Shown: positions 1-7,223 of the stretch, piece after piece
Layout: each line of letters opens with the position of its first letter
Position numbering within the stretch: the stretch's first letter is position 1
Sequence record: SRR20825010_2901
DNA length: 43,172 bases
Direction: 5' to 3' (one strand)
Notes under the pieces: model-generated
The model's database searches: none
What the model was told of the DNA's origin: nothing
Seen by the model: only the letters and a program-made list of their open reading frames with translations
Made by a program: the position numbers and the translations under genes

Positions 1-139
1 GCAGGTATTCAGGGTATCCCAACTGGTTAAATACCTCTACCCAGTCGGGCGTTTTCATAATGTTCATGATAGAACCTGGAAGCAGAAAAAAGAGCATTAG
101 ACCGATGGATATCCAATAATAGATGTTGAGATTTTTCAT
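1..139 (-). CDS. DoxX-like family membrane protein (5' part only; runs off the window edge)
   Basis: Not in the ORF track. ATG at 139 reads MKNLNIYYWISIGLMLFFLLPGSIMNIMKTPDWVEVFNQLGYPEYL. The 'YWI...' TM helix followed by 'LGYP' is typical of DoxX_2 proteins. Confidence 0.7.
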   Translation of the reverse strand, partial: MKNLNIYYWISIGLMLFFLLPGSIMNIMKTPDWVEVFNQLGYPEYL

Positions 140-366
140 TTTGTTACGTGCTGTTGTTAGTCAAATATGAATCAAATGGGTATTGCCTCAAGACGATTGT
201 TCGGTTAATTTAATATGCTTTTGGTTGAAAAAAGTCGAAAGTGTGAAACTGAAAGTGGAAAATCATAAAAAGTGAAAGGTATGTACTTTGTGGTAGTTTG
301 AAGTGGTCAGATGGCTGGATTGCAGGTATATGAATTGAAAATGGATAATTTTTAATGAAAAATGAA

Positions 367-413
367 AAGTCCCCAATAACCCAAAAGCCAAAGCCAAAGG
401 CCACCGTCAAGCG
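367..413. repeat. Intergenic repeat, copy 1 (AAGTCCCCAATAACCCAA + GCCAAAG-like heptamers + GCCACCGTCAAGCG)
   Basis: Shares an identical 18-mer and a near-identical 14-mer with 1254..1314. Confidence 0.85.
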
Positions 414-505
414 ATTAGCGTGAAGCAAATTTTAAAATGATGAAAGAAAATGGAATTATGAAATTGCGGAATCTCGTTATGACCAGTAATCGGGTATCAC
501 TGGAA

Positions 506-865
506 TTAGTCTCTCCGCTTCTTTAATTCATTGAAAAGTGCAAAGGACTCACGCTCAAGATTTGGTTCCAAATCGCTTAGCCTTTCCAATACATTCATAC
601 TCATGTGCCTTATAGCCAGCACAAAAATATCATCACCATGGATGTCACAAATTAACCAATGCTTTTTAACTTGATGCACTTTGAATCTGGCGGATACCCC
701 TGACTTTGTGATGAGTAGTTGAGGAGAAGACTCAACCAATACAAAAAACTCCTGAAAAGCTTCAAGGTAAGAATCTGCTACTTGCTCACCCCATTCCACT
801 AGCGAATAATCGTATATTTCCTGAAGGTCTTCCAAAGCCCTGTGCGTCAGGTGAACGTGAGCCAT
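506..865 (-). CDS. parE: Type II toxin, ParE/RelE superfamily
   Basis: N-terminus 'LTHRALEDLQEIYDYSLVEWGEQVADSY' and C-terminal 'VLAIRHMSM' match the ParE pattern. Lies 1 nt downstream of the antitoxin. Confidence 0.85.
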   Translation of the reverse strand: MAHVHLTHRALEDLQEIYDYSLVEWGEQVADSYLEAFQEFFVLVESSPQLLITKSGVSARFKVHQVKKHWLICDIHGDDIFVLAIRHMSMNVLERLSDLEPNLERESFALFNELKKRRD

Positions 866-866
866 A

Positions 867-1130
867 CTATTTGCTCGCTTTGAAACTTTGAAGGTCTTTT
901 TTCAAGTCTCCTGAAAATTTCATTGTCCGACGATGAATCGCATCCTGGTATCCTTCAATGATGGAACTTCTGATTTCGGAGGCCTCTTTCCTGTCTTTTT
1001 CGTGGCGGATCAAGTCGCGCACATATTCGCTCGGCGTGCTGAATAATGTTCCCTCACCGGATTGGTTTTGGATGAATTTTTTCAATTCATCTGTGAGGTT
1101 GAGGTTTAATGAATTTGACAATTTGCTCAT
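867..1130 (-). CDS. parD: Type II antitoxin, ParD-like ribbon-helix-helix protein (87 aa)
   Basis: 'LNLNLTDELKKFI...G..FSTPSEYVRDLIRHEK' is the ParD/CopG RHH signature. Start re-assigned to ATG 1130 because the longer ORF runs through a promoter and repeat. Confidence 0.85.
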   Translation of the reverse strand: MSKLSNSLNLNLTDELKKFIQNQSGEGTLFSTPSEYVRDLIRHEKDRKEASEIRSSIIEGYQDAIHRRTMKFSGDLKKDLQSFKASK

Positions 1131-1145
1131 GCTATTCGAACCGTT

Positions 1146-1187
1146 GAGTACTCCTACAATGGTAATCAATCCTTCATTTAATGTCAA
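1146..1187 (-). promoter_or_regulatory. Candidate parDE promoter (TTGACA-N17-TACCAT) with an adjacent GAGTACTC palindrome
   Basis: On the minus strand TTGACA is at 1187..1182, the spacer is 17 nt and TACCAT is at 1164..1159. The 8-bp palindrome at 1146..1153 is near the expected +1 and may be an RHH operator. Confidence 0.5.
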
Positions 1188-1236
1188 TAATTGCAGGAAA
1201 TCAAATTGAAGAAAGGAACGAAGAATTGAAAACAGA

Positions 1237-1314
1237 AAGTCCCCTAAAAACCCAAGTCCCCAATAACCCAAGAGCTAAAGCCAAAGGCCAAGGGCCAAGA
1301 GCCACCGCCAAGCG
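1237..1314. repeat. Intergenic repeat, copy 2 (with partial internal duplication and extra heptamers)
   Basis: AAGTCCCCTAAAAACCC-AAGTCCCCAATAACCCAA...GCCAAAG GCCAAGG GCCAAGA GCCACCGCCAAGCG. It abuts the stop codon of the HD gene. Confidence 0.85.
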
Positions 1315-1315
1315 C

Positions 1316-2542
1316 TCAATACGGACTTGGTCCTTTTAAGAAAATCTCAGCAAAAGCAAAAGACAAAACGGCCACCACGAAACCAAACATGAAAATGGTG
1401 TAGGAAATGCGTAGCATTTTATACTTTTTGCCCAGCACCGTGCCCAGAAAATAGATGTCGCGGATCAGACTGGTGTAGAGGTAGTCCGCATCCTTCATCA
1501 TTTCCTTCATGCCCCATTCGTATTTTTCCATGTCCATATTGTGGAAATTTCCAAAGAACAGTAGGTTGGTGCGTTTGCTCAAAATGTCTTCCTCTGTGAA
1601 GGTCCCCTTAGAAATATTTGGCCTTGTGGCCAGGATGGCAAAAACGATGGTAGTAAGGCACACGGCCGTCATGATGACAGAGGGAATCACGAGGTGTGGG
1701 TACTCTTCCAGTTTTCTAAAAAGGACAGTGATCAACACTGACAGGATAATGGAGTTCACCGAAATCATGATATTGGCCTTGGTGTCGGCCATGGAGCTGA
1801 GATCCAGATGGTTTTTAGACGTCAAGCGAAACATGGTCTCCACACCGCGCGTCGGGGTGATTTCCTTTGCTGCTTTTACCTTTAGTTTCAGCTTTTCTAC
1901 CTGCGCTTCCAGCTCCAATACCTTATCCTTTTTAGCACTCATTTTCTTTAGCTTCTTTTTTATTTTCTTCAGGTTCTTCATCTTCTTTTCACGGTACGCC
2001 TGCCGCGCATACTCCGTGAAAAACACATGATTTTCAATAAAATCGGCATTCCCTTTCAACCAAGCTTCATCCGGTATCTCCACCCCTTTCATCCGTCCCA
2101 TCTCAAGGTGTAGCAATTCCGATTTGCTGAAATAGTCCTCATACGCCAAATGAATCATATCGGCATCACAGAGTATTTCCTCCAAACTATTTTTGGGCGA
2201 TTGTGGCATTTTGGTGGCTCGGATGCAGCCCGCCACACGGGCAATTTTCGCTGCGTCGTAGTTGCGTTTAGTGAGGTAGTCCTCCGCCATGTGTACACTC
2301 ACTTCTTCATGGCCCTCGGTCTTCTCGCTATAACCCAAATCATGAAACCAGGCGGCCAGTTCTACGATCTCTAATTCCTCTTCGGACACCTTGCAGCCCT
2401 CAGCAATTTCGACTGCCGCACGCACCACATCAAATGTATGTGTGCCGCAATGGTAAGTCAAATCCGGAGACACGTGATTTCGTAGAATCTCTTCAGCAAA
2501 CTGCTGTGCCCCCATTACCAGTTCCGACTTCTCTTTGGCCAT
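1316..2542 (-). CDS. HD-domain phosphohydrolase fused to a Pycsar effector (PycTM/DUF5706-like) membrane domain
   Basis: HD motifs YHxxxHT, AAWFHDLG, HEE and CDAD; a basic coiled linker; C-terminal 'RGVETMFR..NH..LS..ADTKA' followed by 3 hydrophobic helices and 'KKYKMLR'. Confidence 0.85.
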   Translation of the reverse strand: MAKEKSELVMGAQQFAEEILRNHVSPDLTYHCGTHTFDVVRAAVEIAEGCKVSEEELEIVELAAWFHDLGYSEKTEGHEEVSVHMAEDYLTKRNYDAAKIARVAGCIRATKMPQSPKNSLEEILCDADMIHLAYEDYFSKSELLHLEMGRMKGVEIPDEAWLKGNADFIENHVFFTEYARQAYREKKMKNLKKIKKKLKKMSAKKDKVLELEAQVEKLKLKVKAAKEITPTRGVETMFRLTSKNHLDLSSMADTKANIMISVNSIILSVLITVLFRKLEEYPHLVIPSVIMTAVCLTTIVFAILATRPNISKGTFTEEDILSKRTNLLFFGNFHNMDMEKYEWGMKEMMKDADYLYTSLIRDIYFLGTVLGKKYKMLRISYTIFMFGFVVAVLSFAFAEIFLKGPSPY

Positions 2543-2619
2543 TTCTATTGATTTACCTTTAGGGTTTGAAAATACAACAATTTACCCGCATCGTGGGCGA
2601 ATAAACCTAATTTTAGGAC

Positions 2620-3558
2620 GTGAATTCCAATAACGAAAGAAGAACCTGTTTAATGCCCCTTTTTATAGCACTCTTTTGTGGGCTGACCACTTTGTACTCC
2701 GTGGGCTGCACCACGGGCTCTTTCCGGGAGCGCGCCGACAGTCTTTTTTTGATCACCGACCATGTTCGGTACTATTACGATCTCAAAAGTCCAGATGAGA
2801 AACATTTTTTGCCTTATGCCCTCGCTGAAGTTAGTGGATTGACCCACCTCCGAGGCTCGCGGATTTTATGTGTGGAAGATGAACGGGGCAAGGTGTATGA
2901 ATACGACTTGAAAACCAGAAAAATTGTAAACGCCATCACATTTGAAGGTTCCGGCGATTTTGAAGGAGTGGAATATGTGAACGATACCGTGTATGTGCTC
3001 GAAAGTGACGGGGACATTTATGCCTTTGCCTACACCACAGAAAACAGCACACGGCCTATTAAGTATGAAAACAAACTGGCTATAAAGAACGATACCGAAG
3101 GACTGGGGTACAATCCCCTATCGGGAAATTTATTGATCTCCTGCAAAGAAGAAGAGGACATCAAGGGTGTAGATGCCAAAGGAAAAACGGTGTATGAATT
3201 TGACCTAGGCACAAAGGAACTGATCGAAACGCCATTCTTTGAAATCACCATTAAAAAGATGGAAGCCTTCTTCGAAGCGAATCGGGATTTCGATTATGAA
3301 ACCGAACGAATCAAGTTTAAACCTTCCGGGATCGCCTTCAATCCATTGGACAACTATTTCTACCTGCTGGCATCCGTCGGCAAGCTGATGATTGTGATCG
3401 ATGCAAAGGGAACCATAATGGCCACCTACCCCATCGCGCCGGGAATTCTCGGCCAACCGGAAGGTTTGTTTTTCGACCCAAAGGGAAATCTTTACATCAG
3501 TTCGGAAGGCGAAGGAGACAAGGGATACATCATAAAATTTAGCGCAAGAGAAAAATGA
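2620..3558 (+). CDS. SdiA-regulated/YjiK-like beta-propeller, probably exported or a lipoprotein (start GTG 2620 or ATG 2653)
   Basis: Repeated blade motifs EVSGL, DFEGV, DTEGL, KPSGI and QPEGL, plus 'LYISSEG'. Hydrophobic N-terminus ending SVG-C. ATGA overlap with the next gene. Confidence 0.75.
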   Translation: MNSNNERRTCLMPLFIALFCGLTTLYSVGCTTGSFRERADSLFLITDHVRYYYDLKSPDEKHFLPYALAEVSGLTHLRGSRILCVEDERGKVYEYDLKTRKIVNAITFEGSGDFEGVEYVNDTVYVLESDGDIYAFAYTTENSTRPIKYENKLAIKNDTEGLGYNPLSGNLLISCKEEEDIKGVDAKGKTVYEFDLGTKELIETPFFEITIKKMEAFFEANRDFDYETERIKFKPSGIAFNPLDNYFYLLASVGKLMIVIDAKGTIMATYPIAPGILGQPEGLFFDPKGNLYISSEGEGDKGYIIKFSAREK

Positions 3559-6500
3559 GGAGACTTTTACTGATAAGCCAACTATTTCTGCTTGGCCTAA
3601 ATAGCGTTTTCGCGCAGGACGTCACCGTTTATGCCATCGGCGATGCAGGTGCACCACACGCCCCGATAGATGCCACCCTCGACTACCTCAGGGAAATTTC
3701 CGGCAAGGGAAACACGCAGGACGTCCTCCTTTTCCTGGGCGATGACTTGTACCCACAAGGACTGCCAGACAAAGAAGCCCCTAACCGCAAGGAAATGGAA
3801 GCTGCGCTGGACAAATCATTGGAGATTATGAAAGCGTTTAAGGGCACAGCCATCATGGTGCCGGGAAATCACGACTGGGCCAATGGCCGAAAAGCAGGAT
3901 GGAAGCAGGTGATCAATATGCAGGAATATGTGGATGCCTACATGGGCGCACCTACTGTTTTCCTGCCGCGAGGTGGCTGCCCCGGTCCCGTAGAAATAGA
4001 GATCAGCCCGGAAATATTGCTACTTATCATGGACACCCAATACCTGCTACACCCGTGGGAAAAACCCGATCAGGAAGATGGATGCGAAGCACAATCCAGT
4101 GCAGATGCCATCGCCCTTTTGGATGATCTCTTAGGTAGAAATAAAGACAGACATGTGATTGTCGCTGGGCACCACCCTATGTATTCCTACGGCCCGCATG
4201 GTGGCAAACACACATTAAAGCAACACGTTTTTCCCCTTACAGATGTCAACCGCAAACTGTGGATTCCGCTTCCGGTCATCGGTAGTATTTATCCCTTGTT
4301 TAAGTCTGTTTTTGGCAGCCGGCAGGACATCACCAATCCACGCTACAAACAAATCCGCAATGCGATGGTGAAGTCATTCGGTCAAGTGGATCACCTGGTT
4401 TATCTGAGTGGTCACGAACATTCGCTCCAATACATTCAGCGTGATTCCGCCCATTACATCGTCAGTGGAGCGGGCACCAAGTCTTCGAATGTCAAAGCGG
4501 GAAAGGGCACTCAATTTTTTAAAGAGACAAAAGGTTTTGCCAGCTTGACCTATTCGGGAAATCAGCCAGTAAACCTGAAGTTTTACGATGGAGACGCCCA
4601 GAAAACGATTTACGACAACAGCATTTTTACTAAGGAATTAAGAACTCAGCAATCAAGTACCGGTCAATCAGCCATTGCAAAAAGTACCATCCTCGCCCCG
4701 ATCAGCGATCGTTACGTACATCCCGATTCCCGCAACCGCACCTATTGGCTTGGCGGAAATTACCGGGAAGTGTGGGCCACCCCAGTTGAAATGCGGGTTT
4801 TTGACCTTGACAAAGAACAAGGAGGGCTGGAGATTCTGAAACTCGGTGGAGGCAATCAAACCAAATCCCTTCGACTGGAAGCCAAAGACGGTCGTCAATA
4901 TGTGCTACGCTCGCTAGACAAATACACCGATAAATTGTTGCCCGCCCCGCTCCAGCATACCCTGGCATCCGACATCCTGCAAGATCAGATCTCGGCAGCC
5001 AATCCTTTTGGGGCTTTTGCCATCCCTCCGCTTGCCGATGCAGCGGGCATCTATCACACCAATCCCGAATTGGTCTTCATTCCTGATGATCCACGTTTCG
5101 GGAGATATCAAGGGATTTTTGCCAACCTGCCAGTCGTTTTCGAAGAGCGCCCAACCACGGAAATGGCCGAAGAATCCTTTTTCGGAAACGGAGAAAAGAT
5201 AGCCGGAACACCCGACGTGATTGAAACAATTCAAAAAGATAACGATGAAACGGTGGATCAGCCCTTCGCCTTGCGCAACCGCCTTTTCGACATGGTCATT
5301 GGCGATTGGGATCGCCATGAGGATCAATGGAGATGGGTGCGCACCGACAAGGAACCTGGTGGTCATCTCTGGCGACCCATTCCCCGCGACCGGGATCAGG
5401 CCTTTTTTGTGAATGAAGGACTCTTTGGTTGGGTGGCATCCAGAAAATACGCTTTGCCCAACACCGAAGGATTTGATGAATACATGAATTACCCTCCGGG
5501 GTTCAACAAAAGTGGACGATTTTTTGACCGCACGTTTCTAAACGAACTGGACTGGAGCGACTGGAAAACACAGATCGAAGACCTTCAGAATAAGTTATCT
5601 GATGAAGCCGTGGCAGCTGCCTTTAAAGTCTGGCCGGATACGATTCAGCGACAGGTAGCCGATGAAACAGCCAGGGTGCTGAAAGCCCGGCGCAACGATA
5701 TGCTGCGCTTTGCTCGTATCCATTATCTATTTCTTTCCAAAGAAGTGGAAATCGTTGGATCGAACAAACACGAATATTTTCTGGTAGAGCGCTACAGCGA
5801 CTTAGAAACCAAAGTGACCGTCTACAAACGGAAAAAAGACGGAGAGCTGGAACAGATCATTTACCAGCGCACATTCTTAAATGAAGAAACTGAAGAAATC
5901 AGACTGTTTGGACTGGAAGGGGAAGATGTCTTTGACATAGAAGGTCAGGTTTCCAAAGGAATCCGGGTAAGGATTATTGGAGGTGAAGATGAAGATGTAA
6001 TCACCGATCACTCGAAGGTGAAAGGATTAGGAAAGAAAACAGTAGTGTACGACTTGACCAATAACACCACACTATCGTCTTCCTCCGAAACCAAATCACG
6101 ATTGAGCAACAGCTCCGAAATTAACTCTTATAACCGGACAGCCTTTGAATACGATAATTTCATGCCTCTGGTAAGTTTTCAGTTTAACCCGGACGATGGG
6201 CTATTTCTGGGAGCGGGTTTCACCTTCACCAAGGAGGGCTGGCGCAAAGATCCTTTTGCATACCAACACAGTTTGAAAGCCAATGCGGCATTGGAAACAG
6301 GTGCGATAAATCTTTATTACGAAGGAACCTTAACCGATGTAATCGGGAAATGGGATTTACATGCAGATGTGACCGTGCAGCGACCGTATGGAGTTGCCAA
6401 TTTCTTTGGTATGGGCAATGAGTCCACCTACGATTATAAAGGAAAGGGAGAATCTGGAAACTTCGAAGATGAAATCGACTACTACCGCATTCGTTACGAA

Positions 6501-7223
6501 CGCATCCAGGCCTATATCAATCTCACCTACAATCTGGGTCAAAAAGGTTTGCTGAGAATCGGGCCAGAGCTGCTTACTTTCGAACTGGGCGAAGAAGTGA
6601 CTAACAAATACATCAACGACCCGACCAACGGACTAGACCCAGCTACGCTTTACAACAGTCATCAGTACATCGGTTTCAAAACAGAAATTCAGGCAGACAC
6701 ACGGGATCACCCAAATCTTCCGTCGCAAGGTGTTTTCGCCAAAATGGCTTACGCCAATTACCATTCGGTGAGTAACACGTCCAAAGATTTTGCAACATTA
6801 AGTGGTGAATTTCAATTCTTGTTATCCACCCGCATCCCGTCCAGACTGACGATGGCCAATAAAATTGGCGCACAGTACAATCTGGGTGATGTGACCTACT
6901 TCAACGGTGCGTATCTGGGAAAAGAAACCATTCGTGGCTACAGACGCACCCGGTTTATTGGAGATGCATCGCTCTATCACAATCTGGATTTGCGGCTTCA
7001 CCTCTTTTCATTCAAGACGTATCTACTTCCTGCTGGTGTAGGCCTCATTGCCTTTCATGATGTGGGTCGGGTTTGGCTGGATGGCGAAAAGTCAAGTAGC
7101 TGGCACGCAAGCAAAGGATTTGGTCTTTGGCTGGCACCACTAAACCAGTTTGTATTTGCATTTAATCTGTCATTTACGGATGAAGAGACTTTGCCAACGG
7201 TAACTTTTGGCTATCAGTTTTAG
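3555..7223 (+). CDS. Outer-membrane Omp85/BamA-TamA-like barrel protein with an N-terminal calcineurin-like metallophosphoesterase and a central kinase-like domain
   Basis: Signal peptide (VFA-Q). Metallophosphoesterase motifs IGDAG, GDDLY, PGNHDW, GHHP and GHEH. Central 'GGGNQTKS...DWDRHEDQW...DRDQAF'. C-terminal amphipathic strands with IRGY, FHDVGRVW and terminal Phe. Confidence 0.85.
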   Translation: MRRLLLISQLFLLGLNSVFAQDVTVYAIGDAGAPHAPIDATLDYLREISGKGNTQDVLLFLGDDLYPQGLPDKEAPNRKEMEAALDKSLEIMKAFKGTAIMVPGNHDWANGRKAGWKQVINMQEYVDAYMGAPTVFLPRGGCPGPVEIEISPEILLLIMDTQYLLHPWEKPDQEDGCEAQSSADAIALLDDLLGRNKDRHVIVAGHHPMYSYGPHGGKHTLKQHVFPLTDVNRKLWIPLPVIGSIYPLFKSVFGSRQDITNPRYKQIRNAMVKSFGQVDHLVYLSGHEHSLQYIQRDSAHYIVSGAGTKSSNVKAGKGTQFFKETKGFASLTYSGNQPVNLKFYDGDAQKTIYDNSIFTKELRTQQSSTGQSAIAKSTILAPISDRYVHPDSRNRTYWLGGNYREVWATPVEMRVFDLDKEQGGLEILKLGGGNQTKSLRLEAKDGRQYVLRSLDKYTDKLLPAPLQHTLASDILQDQISAANPFGAFAIPPLADAAGIYHTNPELVFIPDDPRFGRYQGIFANLPVVFEERPTTEMAEESFFGNGEKIAGTPDVIETIQKDNDETVDQPFALRNRLFDMVIGDWDRHEDQWRWVRTDKEPGGHLWRPIPRDRDQAFFVNEGLFGWVASRKYALPNTEGFDEYMNYPPGFNKSGRFFDRTFLNELDWSDWKTQIEDLQNKLSDEAVAAAFKVWPDTIQRQVADETARVLKARRNDMLRFARIHYLFLSKEVEIVGSNKHEYFLVERYSDLETKVTVYKRKKDGELEQIIYQRTFLNEETEEIRLFGLEGEDVFDIEGQVSKGIRVRIIGGEDEDVITDHSKVKGLGKKTVVYDLTNNTTLSSSSETKSRLSNSSEINSYNRTAFEYDNFMPLVSFQFNPDDGLFLGAGFTFTKEGWRKDPFAYQHSLKANAALETGAINLYYEGTLTDVIGKWDLHADVTVQRPYGVANFFGMGNESTYDYKGKGESGNFEDEIDYYRIRYERIQAYINLTYNLGQKGLLRIGPELLTFELGEEVTNKYINDPTNGLDPATLYNSHQYIGFKTEIQADTRDHPNLPSQGVFAKMAYANYHSVSNTSKDFATLSGEFQFLLSTRIPSRLTMANKIGAQYNLGDVTYFNGAYLGKETIRGYRRTRFIGDASLYHNLDLRLHLFSFKTYLLPAGVGLIAFHDVGRVWLDGEKSSSWHASKGFGLWLAPLNQFVFAFNLSFTDEETLPTVTFGYQF

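Noticed and set aside
210-428. 72-aa minus-strand ORF
   Set aside because: It translates the intergenic repeat and low-complexity GAAAGT/AATGAAA tracts, has a weak start and shows no recognisable domain.
1131-1271. 47-aa N-terminal extension of the antitoxin in the ORF track
   Set aside because: It runs through the predicted promoter and repeat. The RHH domain begins right after ATG 1130.
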